Positions 27,662-37,400 of a stretch of 64,000 nucleotides of DNA are shown here, in pieces. Made by a program: the position numbers and the translations under genes. Source of the DNA: an uncultured Woeseia sp. (GTDB lineage Bacteria > Pseudomonadota > Gammaproteobacteria > Steroidobacterales > UBA11654); assembly GCA_964629335.1 (NCBI GenBank), contig CAZVRH010000003.1, positions 6,212 to 70,211 of the forward strand, given 5' to 3'. Below the pieces are notes generated by a model. That model searched no databases. It was not told the origin of the DNA and saw only the letters and a program-made list of their open reading frames with translations. How positions within the stretch are numbered: the stretch's first letter is position 1; the number at the start of each line of letters is the position of its first letter.

Positions 27662-28483
27662 ATGCCAGAACTACCAGAGGTTGAGGTAACCAGACAGTCC
27701 TTAGAAAACCATATTCAAGGTCAATATATAAAGTCTATTGATATTAGAGAAAAAAGACTGAGATGGACTGTAGATCAAGATGCTCTGGAAAACCTTTTGG
27801 GACAAACAATCCTAACCCTTGGTAGACGAGGTAAATACATACTGATTAACACAAAAGCTGGAACTGCATTATTGCATTTGGGAATGTCAGGAAGTGTTGG
27901 TATTTTAAAGGATGATCAACCTTTAAAAAAACATGACCACTTTGACCTGGTTTTAAGTAATCAGCACATTGTAAGATTTAATGACCCAAGAAGATTTGGC
28001 AGCTTTTTATGGGCAGGTCAAAACCCAGAAGAACACAGACTAATAAAAACACTTGGCCCTGAACCATTGGAAAACAATCAACTGGGGTCTCATCTCTATA
28101 GTTTAAGCAAGAGCAGAACTACCTCAGTAAAGGCGTTTATAATGAACGCTCATGTTGTTGTTGGTGTGGGTAATATTTATGCAAGTGAGGCTTTGTTTTT
28201 AAGCGGCATTCATCCCAAAAGAAGAGCTAACAGGGTGAGTAAAAAAAGATACATCAAATTAGCTGCTGCCATTCAAAAAATATTAAAAGAATCAATAAAA
28301 ATGGGAGGAACAACTCTTAGGGATTTTTCCTATTCTCTTGATGGGCAGAGGGTTGGTTATTTTAAACAACAGTTATTTGTTTATGGCCAAAAGGATCGTA
28401 AATGCAGTTATTGTAAAGGCTTAATTAAACAAACAGTCTTAAGCGGAAGAAGTTCATTTTACTGTGCCAGTTGTCAGAATTAA
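27662..28483 (+). CDS. mutM: Formamidopyrimidine-DNA glycosylase
   Basis: MPELPEVE N-terminus and a C-terminal zinc finger CSYCKG...FYCASCQ. Confidence 0.9.
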   Translation: MPELPEVEVTRQSLENHIQGQYIKSIDIREKRLRWTVDQDALENLLGQTILTLGRRGKYILINTKAGTALLHLGMSGSVGILKDDQPLKKHDHFDLVLSNQHIVRFNDPRRFGSFLWAGQNPEEHRLIKTLGPEPLENNQLGSHLYSLSKSRTTSVKAFIMNAHVVVGVGNIYASEALFLSGIHPKRRANRVSKKRYIKLAAAIQKILKESIKMGGTTLRDFSYSLDGQRVGYFKQQLFVYGQKDRKCSYCKGLIKQTVLSGRSSFYCASCQN

Positions 28484-30187
28484 TCAATAGTAATCAATTC
28501 CGCTATCTTCTATCAAAGCCCTTGGATCCGACGATGTTGTTACTTTACCGCTCTGTTTATCTATGGTAATTACCTGCATATTGCCATAGTTTTCGATTTC
28601 CTCGAGAGTGTGCCCCATGTTAGTCAATTGGCTAATATCTTGATCGGAGAGGGCTCCTTTTTCATGTTGAATGACATCAGGTAAATACTGATGATGAAAC
28701 CGTTTTATAGAGGTCATTTCATCAGCAGTTCCTCCGTTGACCCAGTTTAAAATGGACAACAAAACCATAGTTATAATCTTTGATCCGCCCGGTGTCCCAA
28801 GAATTGCTATACCTGTATCTGATTCTATAAAAGAGGGTGTCATGCTAGAGACCATTCGTTTTTTTGGAAGAATTGAGTTACCTTCGCCATGAACCAGGCC
28901 ATAACGATTGGGTGTAAATGCCTTAGCAGAAAAGTCGTCCATCTCATTATTCAATATAAACCCTCCAGCAGGAACCATATAGCCCGACCCAAACCATGTA
29001 TTAATTGTCTGTGTAGTGGCTACTCGATTTCCCAACTTGTCCACAATTGAAAAATGAGTCGTTTCTGTTCCTTTTTTCTGGCTCAAAAGAATTCTCTCGT
29101 CTTTTAAATGAATTGGTGTGGCTTTCTTTAAATCAATGCTTTGGCTGTGTCGGATAGCATGGTCAGGGTCTGTTAACATTTCAACTGGAACATCAACAAA
29201 ATCAGGATCACCTAAATAATAAGCCCTGTCTTGATAAGCTCTCCTCATTGATTCAACAATAAGGTGTGTTAATGTTTCTTGGTCTAAATTTTTATAGTCG
29301 TATTGGCTTAAGATATTAAGAATGGTGGCTATGGTTGTGCCGCCTGAAGATGGCGGAGGAGCAAGCGTTACCTCCATTCCTTCAAAAAAGATCTTAACAG
29401 GCGCTCTCTCAATCACACTGTATTCCTTAAAATCCTCTAATGACCATATAGATCCGTCTTTGTTTGTTTCGCTGACAATCTTTCTAGTGAAATCACTCTT
29501 ATAAAAACCATCATGGCCATCCTTAGCTATGATCTTGAGCGTCTTAGCCAATTCAGGCTGTTTTATTATGTACCCAGGTTTAGGTAATTCATCTTGAGGT
29601 AAGAATACTTCTTTAAATTTTTTCGAAAGATTGCTCGATATGATGGCAACACTCAAAGCAGTATTGAGTCTATTGTATGCAGGAAACCCTTCTTCCGCCA
29701 AATCAATAGCTGGCTGTAAAGATTGCTCTAAGGGAAGTTGGCCATAGTTTTTAGAAACATGTACAAGCGCAGCAGGAAGCCCAGGTATTCCTGAAGCCAA
29801 AGGCCCTACTAGTGATGAGTTAGGTATATAATTCTTTTCCGAGTCTAGGTACATATCTGGGTCTGACATTAAGGGTGCTACTTCACGAGCATCTACAAAG
29901 GTTGTAAAATTATCGTTACGCCTGTGCAAAAGAAAAAACCCCCCGCCACCAATTCCTGAACTATAAGGTTCAACAACAGCTAGTGCTGCGCTGACTGCAA
30001 CTGCGGCATCAAAGGCATTGCCGCCTTCTTGTAATATTTTATAACCCGCTTGAGTTGCTAACGGGTGGGCTGAGGAAATTCCCGATGTACTAACCTCGCT
30101 GTGCTCTTTTGTGATACCCACAGCCGAGACTGACCAAATAAGGACAAGAAAAAAAGCGGCTCTATGCTTACTAAGCAAGGAAGACAT
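28484..30187 (-). CDS. ggt: Gamma-glutamyltransferase
   Basis: Signal peptide, autoprocessing-site context GTETTHFSIVD, and the GGS...TPGG motifs. 567 aa. The ATG overlaps the coaD TAA (TAATG). Confidence 0.85.
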   Translation of the reverse strand: MSSLLSKHRAAFFLVLIWSVSAVGITKEHSEVSTSGISSAHPLATQAGYKILQEGGNAFDAAVAVSAALAVVEPYSSGIGGGGFFLLHRRNDNFTTFVDAREVAPLMSDPDMYLDSEKNYIPNSSLVGPLASGIPGLPAALVHVSKNYGQLPLEQSLQPAIDLAEEGFPAYNRLNTALSVAIISSNLSKKFKEVFLPQDELPKPGYIIKQPELAKTLKIIAKDGHDGFYKSDFTRKIVSETNKDGSIWSLEDFKEYSVIERAPVKIFFEGMEVTLAPPPSSGGTTIATILNILSQYDYKNLDQETLTHLIVESMRRAYQDRAYYLGDPDFVDVPVEMLTDPDHAIRHSQSIDLKKATPIHLKDERILLSQKKGTETTHFSIVDKLGNRVATTQTINTWFGSGYMVPAGGFILNNEMDDFSAKAFTPNRYGLVHGEGNSILPKKRMVSSMTPSFIESDTGIAILGTPGGSKIITMVLLSILNWVNGGTADEMTSIKRFHHQYLPDVIQHEKGALSDQDISQLTNMGHTLEEIENYGNMQVITIDKQSGKVTTSSDPRALIEDSGIDYY

Positions 30188-30663
30188 TATTTTTTATAAG
30201 CTTTTGAAAGTGCCGCTTGCACAACAGGGTGAACAAAGTTTGAAATATCCCCTCCTTCTTGTGCGATTTGCCTAATTAGTGAAGATGAAATAAATGCGTT
30301 TTGATCACCGCTACTCAAAAATACTGTTTCAACATCGTCAGCAAGCCTTTTATTCATACTGGCTAACTCAAATTCATACTGCCCATCTGCGGGGGAGCGT
30401 AAACCCCTAACAATAACCCTGGCGTCCACGGATTTTGCAAAATTGATGGTTAAGCCTGAGTATTCTTTAACCTCAATATTGTTGAAGTTATTAAGCACTT
30501 CATTGACCATTTGAAGCCTCTGATTAATTGAAAATAATGGGTTCTTTTCGGGGCTCTCAGCAACGGCGACCACCAAATCCCCAAAGAGTGTTGACGCTCT
30601 CCTGATAATCTCAAAATGCCCGTTTGTAATTGGGTCAAAAGTTCCCGGGTATATTGCAATCAT
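30187..30663 (-). CDS. coaD: Phosphopantetheine adenylyltransferase
   Basis: MIAIYPGTFDPITNGHFEII. Confidence 0.9.
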   Translation of the reverse strand: MIAIYPGTFDPITNGHFEIIRRASTLFGDLVVAVAESPEKNPLFSINQRLQMVNEVLNNFNNIEVKEYSGLTINFAKSVDARVIVRGLRSPADGQYEFELASMNKRLADDVETVFLSSGDQNAFISSSLIRQIAQEGGDISNFVHPVVQAALSKAYKK

Positions 30664-30674
30664 TTTTTATACTC

Positions 30675-31235
30675 TCACTTACTTTTTATAAGAGCATAGT
30701 ATACTTTACCTGCTCTAGATTCTTTAAAAATAAAATGCTTTGAACCGTCACCTATTTTAATTGGCCGGTTAGACTCAAAATAAACCCAGGTTCTTTCATT
30801 AGCCCACAGGTTTTGATAAAGCTTTTGAAGTAATGTTGACAAGTTATATTCTCCATACGGAGGATCTAGAAAAATAATCGAATAAGGAGTATCGGGGTTT
30901 GGTTTTGAAATCAACTGATAAGAATCAAGACATAAATTCTTATATTCGCTGACCTTAAGGTTCTCCATTAGTTCCTCTAAGCTCAAATGCACTGCTTCAG
31001 AGGAGTCTGCCAAAGTAACTGAAGCTGCCCCTCTGGACAAGGCTTCAACAGATAAAACACCAGTTCCAGCAAATAGATCTAGAACTCTGCTAGAAAAAAT
31101 TTTAGGCTCCAACCAGTTAAATAATGTTTCTCTTACTCGATCTGGTGTGGGCTTCACATTTGGGTCATCAACATTTAATTTTCTCCCTTTATGTTTGCCC
31201 CCAATCACCCTGACTTCTTTAACTGATTTACTCAT
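30675..31235 (-). CDS. rsmD: 16S rRNA (guanine966-N2)-methyltransferase
   Basis: RVIGGKHKGRKL...PTPDRVRETLFNWL...LDLFAGTG...IIFLDPPY. Confidence 0.8.
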   Translation of the reverse strand: MSKSVKEVRVIGGKHKGRKLNVDDPNVKPTPDRVRETLFNWLEPKIFSSRVLDLFAGTGVLSVEALSRGAASVTLADSSEAVHLSLEELMENLKVSEYKNLCLDSYQLISKPNPDTPYSIIFLDPPYGEYNLSTLLQKLYQNLWANERTWVYFESNRPIKIGDGSKHFIFKESRAGKVYYALIKSK

Positions 31236-31344
31236 TATTGTCTTATTTGCGCAGAATAGATGTAAAACTATGCCTAATTTTAAACCTAATTAATCATTTA
31301 ATCTATTGATATATATACATATTTTAAAAATTTAGTTTGATTAT

Positions 31345-31371
31345 TTAGCACTCTATTAATCAGAGTGCTAA
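31345..31371 (+). promoter_or_regulatory. CIRCE element (HrcA operator): TTAGCACTC-N9-GAGTGCTAA
   Basis: The sequence TTAGCACTC tattaatca GAGTGCTAA matches the CIRCE consensus exactly. It ends 25 nt upstream of the rpoH ATG. TTAGCA, 18 nt, then TAAAAT within or around it could serve as the promoter. Confidence 0.8.
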
Positions 31372-31396
31372 AATTATCAACCCAATTGGAAGATAT

Positions 31397-32260
31397 ATGA
31401 CAAAAGAATTGGCGTTGAAAAATGAATTGGCACTTATGGGCCCTATGGGGAGCCTAGAGGCTTACATTAGCATTGTTAACCAATCACCTGTTCTCTCTAG
31501 AGAAGAAGAAAGAGAATTAGCACAAAAATTTCAAAACGATAATGACCTTGACGCTGCAAGAAAGTTAATTGTTTCTCAATTGAGGTTTGTCGTTCATATT
31601 GCAAGAACATACAGCGGATACGGACTTCCTCTCGCTGACCTCATCCAGGAAGGAAATATAGGGCTTATGAAAGCGGTCAAAAAATTTAACCCTGATCGTG
31701 GCACTAGGCTTGTTACATATGCGGTACATTGGATAAGATCAGAAATTCATGAGTTTGTGTTTAATAATTGGAAAATAGTAAAAGTAGCAACCACAAAAGC
31801 TCAAAGAAAACTGTTTTTTAAACTTAGGAATGCAAAAAAAACCATTGGCTGGCTCACTAACGATGAAAAAAAGCTCATTGCTCAAGATCTAGGAGTAAAA
31901 CCAAAAGACGTGGCTACCATGGAGCAACGATTTGCATCAGTCGATATGGCCTATGATTTTGGTCACACAAACAGCGATGAAGATTTTATTGCGCCCGCAG
32001 GGTTTCTTCCCTCTCCAGATCCAGACCCTTCATCGATAGTGGAGAATGCAAATTGGCTAGAAGGCAAAACAGAACAATTGTCCAAAGCGCTTGAAAACCT
32101 CGATAAACGCAGCAAAGAAATTCTTATGAGTCGTTGGTTGTCAGAGGAAAAAATAACTCTAAAGGAACTAGCGAAGCAGTATCAAGTCTCAATAGAGAGG
32201 ATTAGGCAAATTGAAGAAGATGCCATTAAAAATCTCCGTGAGCAACTTACCGAAACATAA
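31397..32260 (+). CDS. rpoH: RNA polymerase sigma-32 factor
   Basis: Sigma-70-family regions 2-4 plus the RpoH box (TKAQRKLFFKLR). 287 aa. Confidence 0.9.
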   Translation: MTKELALKNELALMGPMGSLEAYISIVNQSPVLSREEERELAQKFQNDNDLDAARKLIVSQLRFVVHIARTYSGYGLPLADLIQEGNIGLMKAVKKFNPDRGTRLVTYAVHWIRSEIHEFVFNNWKIVKVATTKAQRKLFFKLRNAKKTIGWLTNDEKKLIAQDLGVKPKDVATMEQRFASVDMAYDFGHTNSDEDFIAPAGFLPSPDPDPSSIVENANWLEGKTEQLSKALENLDKRSKEILMSRWLSEEKITLKELAKQYQVSIERIRQIEEDAIKNLREQLTET

Positions 32261-32927
32261 AAAAAAACCAATCAGAAGCTACGTCAAGAGGTCTGGCCGT
32301 TTAACCGCGTCCCAAAAAAAAGCGATCCAAACTCTTTGGTCTAAATATGTAATTGAAACCAATGAATGTGGGGTGATTGGTTATGAGGGTCATTTTAACT
32401 CGCCACAAAAAGAGTTAGTGGTTGAAATAGGTTTTGGGAACGGTATGACATTAGTCAGCGAAGCGTTGGACAACCCAGAAAAGAATTTCATTGGTATCGA
32501 GGTGTATAAATCAGGTTTCGGTCATTGTCTCAATCGGATAGAGAAAGAAAAAATAAAGAACATCAAACTTATCTATAAGGATGCTGTTGAGGTTCTAAAG
32601 CACAATATTCAGGAAAAAAGTTTAAGCCAAGTAAATATCTTCTTTCCTGACCCATGGCCAAAAAAAAGGCACCACAAAAGAAGATTAATTAATAAAGATT
32701 TTTTAGCTCTGCTGGATAAATCAATAAAAGACCAAGGAATTATTAATATATCAACTGACTGGAAAGATTATGCGGATCAAATCGAAACCGTGTTTACCAA
32801 GAACAAACATTTTCACCTAATTGATCGTGATTCTAGGAATCAAAAAACAAAGTTTGAGGTGAGAGGATTAGATCTGGGGCATGATATTTTTAATTATTCT
32901 TATCAATTAATCTCTCAAAGAACCTAG
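32211..32927 (+). CDS. trmB: tRNA (guanine46-N7)-methyltransferase
   Basis: PIRSYVKRSGRLTASQKKAI...EIGFGNG...IFFPDPWPKKRHHKRR. The start (TTG 32211 or ATG 32220) lies inside the rpoH 3' end. Confidence 0.85.
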   Translation: MKKMPLKISVSNLPKHKKKPIRSYVKRSGRLTASQKKAIQTLWSKYVIETNECGVIGYEGHFNSPQKELVVEIGFGNGMTLVSEALDNPEKNFIGIEVYKSGFGHCLNRIEKEKIKNIKLIYKDAVEVLKHNIQEKSLSQVNIFFPDPWPKKRHHKRRLINKDFLALLDKSIKDQGIINISTDWKDYADQIETVFTKNKHFHLIDRDSRNQKTKFEVRGLDLGHDIFNYSYQLISQRT

Positions 32928-34403
32928 TTTTACTGTTGGAGCAGACAGGCTACTTGTACCAGATAAAAAACGATCTATTTGCAACGCTGCGCCTCTGCCT
33001 TCATTCATAGCCCAAACTATCAGTGATTGTCCACGCCTGCAATCACCAGCTGTAAACACCCCTTTAATATTGGTCTCAAAAGCACCATGCTTTGCGTCAA
33101 TATTGTTTTTATTGTTAAGTGAAACCTGCATCTTTTTAAGAAGCTCTTGCTCTGGCCCCACAAACCCCATAGCAAGCAGCACTATATCAGCCTCCCATAT
33201 CTTTTCAGTGCCGCCCTCTTCAACCATGGTCTGCGTTCCATCTGATGACTTTTCCCAGGTTACATTGATTGTTTTAACTCCGGTTACAACGTTCTTCTGG
33301 TCAACAATAAACTCTTTCGTTAACAAAGAAAATTCTCTTGGGTCTCTACCAAAACGTGCTAAAGATTCTTCATGGCCATAATCCACTCTTTGTATAATCG
33401 GCCATAAAGGCCAAGGGTTGTTTGTCTCTCTTTCAATCGGTGGTGTTGGTGTTATTTCCATATTAATCAGACTTGAGCAACCTTGCCGAATTGATGTTGC
33501 GATACAGTCGGTGCCAGTATCACCGCCACCAATAACTATTACTTTTTTCTCCTGTGTATTTATGTAGTTGTCATCTGTCAGAGAACTACTAAGCAAGCTC
33601 TTGGTATGTTGAGTGAGGTATTCCATAGCAAAATGTATTCCGTTTGCATCCCTACCAGGAATTGGGATATCTCTAGGGATCGTAGACCCTATTGCAATTA
33701 AGGTTGCATCATACTCATTTACTAATCTGGCCGGATCAACATTATTTCCTACATCAGCATTAGTTCTAAACTCTATCCCAGAATCCTCAAGTAACTTTAT
33801 TCTTCGTTGTACCACACTTTTAGATAGTTTCATGTTAGGAATGCCGTACATCAGTAACCCGCCTATTCTGTCTTCCCGCTCAAAAACAGAGACCGTGTGT
33901 CCAGCCTTATTTAGTTGGTCGGCCGCAGTCAGTCCTGCTGGACCAGAGCCAATGATCGCGATTGTTTTACCCGTTCTTTTTCTGGTGATTTGCGATTGAA
34001 CCCAACCTTCTTCAAATGCTCTGTCTATAATTGAGTTTTCAATATCTTTTATTGTCACCGCCGGTTCATTAATGCCTAAAACACAAGCTCCTTCACAGGG
34101 GGCTGGGCAGACTCTTCCGGTGAACTCTGGAAAATTATTGGTTTTAGAAAGTCGATAATAAGCCTCCTCCCATCTCTCTTTGTATACCAAATCATTCCAT
34201 TCCGGTATTAGGTTATCGATTGGACACCCATGATCTGAGTCACAAAACGGAACTCCACAATTCATACACCTGGCGCCTTGTGTTTTTAAATCGTGGTCTT
34301 TAGCGGGTGTGTATATTTCGTAATAATCTAAAAGCCTCTCATTGACATCACGCCATGGGGTCTTGCGCCTTGGAAATTCCATAAATCCTGTTGGCTTACC
34401 CAT
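32907..34403 (-). CDS. gltD: Glutamate synthase small subunit
   Basis: MGKPTGFMEFPRRKTPWRD, the Cys clusters, and IAIIGSGPAGLTAA. ATG at 34403 is preceded by GGGAG and lies 1 nt after the gltB stop. Confidence 0.9.
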   Translation of the reverse strand: MGKPTGFMEFPRRKTPWRDVNERLLDYYEIYTPAKDHDLKTQGARCMNCGVPFCDSDHGCPIDNLIPEWNDLVYKERWEEAYYRLSKTNNFPEFTGRVCPAPCEGACVLGINEPAVTIKDIENSIIDRAFEEGWVQSQITRKRTGKTIAIIGSGPAGLTAADQLNKAGHTVSVFEREDRIGGLLMYGIPNMKLSKSVVQRRIKLLEDSGIEFRTNADVGNNVDPARLVNEYDATLIAIGSTIPRDIPIPGRDANGIHFAMEYLTQHTKSLLSSSLTDDNYINTQEKKVIVIGGGDTGTDCIATSIRQGCSSLINMEITPTPPIERETNNPWPLWPIIQRVDYGHEESLARFGRDPREFSLLTKEFIVDQKNVVTGVKTINVTWEKSSDGTQTMVEEGGTEKIWEADIVLLAMGFVGPEQELLKKMQVSLNNKNNIDAKHGAFETNIKGVFTAGDCRRGQSLIVWAMNEGRGAALQIDRFLSGTSSLSAPTVKLGSLRD

Positions 34404-34404
34404 C

Positions 34405-37400
34405 TTATACTCCCGGCCTATCGGATTTTCTATCTTGTATTTCGAACACAAAATCAACCTCTTCGTTACGTTCTCTTCTTTCGTTAATCACTCGTTTGTA
34501 GTCGAGCGGCATAACCGTTACGAAAGATTCTAAGCTCCTTTCCCAGTCACTAAGGATATTTTCTGCAACTTTGGATTGTGTATATCTCAGATGCAATTCC
34601 ACCATCCTTAATAACTCAGCAACACGTTCTTCCTCCTCCACTGATTCAAGGGCCACCATTCCTGTGTTGCATTTGAGGTGAAAATCTTGAAAGGGATCAT
34701 AAACATAAGCAATCCCCCCTGACATACCTGCAGCAAAATTAACGCCGGTAGGCCCCAGGACAACCGCTATACCGCCTGTCATGTATTCACACCCATGATC
34801 ACCCACACCCTCAACAACTGCTCTAGCGCCGCTGTTTCTAACACAGAATCGTTCGGCTGCAATCCCGTTAAAAAAACCAAGCCCTGAAGTTGCTCCATAG
34901 AGAGCAACATTACCGATGATGACATTTTGTTCAGGCTTAAAGCTTTCTATTTCAGGAGGTTTGATAATTAATTTTCCACCAGAAAGCCCTTTGCCGACAT
35001 AATCGTTGGAGTCACCACTTAAATTAAATGTAATGCCTTTTGCGAGGAAAGCGCCAAAACTCTGGCCCGCTGATCCAGAAAAGTTAATGTTTATGGTGTC
35101 ATTGGGTAAGCCGTCTTCACCCCACTGATTAATCACTTCGTGGCTCAGCATTGCGCCTGTTGTTCGATCGGTATTACGGATCAAACAATTAAAATTAGTC
35201 TTGGTTTTTGTTTTTATGGACTTTTTAGTTTTCTTAATTAATGTCCTGTCTAACACGTCGTTGATTTGATGGTCTTGCTCAATGGTTTTCTTTAAGCCCA
35301 CACCCTCTCTAACTTCAGAAGAATTGATTAATAATGGGCTTAAATCTAGCTTGCTAGATTTCCAATGCTCGAGGGCCTTGTTGGTGTTCAATAAATCAAC
35401 ACGCCCAACTAATTCATCTACAGACCTAACATCTAAGCTTGCCATAATTTCTCGAACTTCTTCAGCAACCATAAATAAATAATTAATTACGTGTTCAGGT
35501 TGTCCTGTAAACTTTTCTCTGAGCAATTTGTCTTGAGTGGCTATACCCACAGGGCAGGTGTTCATATGACATTTTCGCATCATGATACACCCCATTGTTA
35601 TTAATGGTGCTGTTGAAAAACCAAATTCTTCAGCCCCAAGCATAGCTGCAATCACTACATCTCTTCCGGTTTTAATCCCTCCGTCTGTCTGAAGAGTTAC
35701 ACGGCTTCTAAGATCGTTGAGCACCAAGGTTTGATGCACTTCAGCTATCCCCAACTCCCAAGGCATCCCTGCATGTTTAATACTGGTTAAGGGCGAGGCC
35801 CCTGTTCCTCCAACATCTCCCGAAATAACTATATGGTCCGCATGAGCTTTGACAACACCTGCGGCAATAGTTCCAACACCCATTTCAGCAACAAGTTTAA
35901 CGCTGATCTCTGCTTTTGGGTTGGCGTTCTTGAGATCAAAAATCAGCTGTGAAAGGTCCTCTATTGAATAAATGTCATGGTGAGGAGGTGGACTAATTAA
36001 ACCTACCCCAGGAGTTGAATACCTTATTGACGCGATTTTTTCATCGACTTTTTTACCTGGCAACTCTCCTCCTTCGCCGGGTTTAGCGCCTTGAGCAATT
36101 TTAATTTGTAATTGTTTTGCATTTGCAATGTAGTTTGCTGTAACACCAAAACGACCGGATGCTATCTGCTTGATGGCTGACGATTTAGAATCTCCATTTT
36201 TTAAAACTCTATAGCGCTCTGGGTCTTCACCGCCTTCACCGCTGTTGCTTTTGCCGCCAATTCTGTTCATAGCAATAGCTAAAGTTTCGTGTGCCTCTTG
36301 GGAAATAGAACCAAAACTCATGGCCCCAGTACAAAACCTTTTAACTATCTTGTTTACTGGCTCTACCTTCCTAAGGTCGGATTGTTTACCTTTAGGTTGC
36401 TTGAATTCCAGTAACCCCCTTAAACTTAATGCCTCTTCTGCGCCTCGATTCGAGCGAGACGAAAATTGACGAAAAGCCTGCTGGTCATTCTTTCTGGCTG
36501 CAAACTGTAAAGACCAAACTGCTTCTGGGTTCCACCCTTTTTTCTCGCCTTGGCTTCTCCAGTGAAAATCGCCCGGGTTAGGTAACCCAATGGTCGTCGT
36601 GTTTTCATCCTTTGGCCAGCCCAGACTATGTCGCTGCCTGATTTCCTGTTCTAAAACATTAAAATTGGTGCCCTCAATTCTGCTGGTCGTTCCAGTAAAA
36701 CACAGATCCACCACCTCTTGAGATAGGCCCAACGCTTCAAAAATTTGTGCCCCTTTATACGATTGCAAGGTAGATATGCCCATTTTACCCATAACCTTGA
36801 GCACCCCTTTAATAAGAGCTTGTCGATACGTATCTATTACCTCTTCATTGCTGTCAAGAGTAATTCTGTTTTCTGGGCCTCTGTGAAAATGTGTGTGCTT
36901 GATTAACCCTTGATCTCTTGCTTCTGTTAATACCTCAAAAACCAAGTAGGGATTAATAGCATCAGCTCCGTAGCCAAAGAGAAGACAAAAATGATGCACC
37001 TCTCTTGCCTCTGCTGTTTCAATTACTATAGCCGTTTTTGTTCGTTTTGAGGATGACACCAGGTGGTGATGAACCGCACCACATGCCATTAAGCTATTGA
37101 TAGCGGCTCTCTTTTGACCAACATTTCTATCCGATAAAACTAAATAACCAACCCCGTTATCAACGGCTTCTTCTGCTTCCTGACAAGCTCTAATAACCGC
37201 TGACTTTAGGTTGTCTGAAGAGTGTTCAGAGATATCAAATGTGATGTCTATAAGTTTACTTTTTTGTCCTCCATGATCCAGGTGCTTGATTGCATAAAGT
37301 GCCGTGTTTGTAAGAATTGGATTTTCAATCAGTAAGCGATGAGCGTGTCCTTCATGGGCGGTTAATATATTTTTTTCAGGTCCAATATAGCACTCAACAG

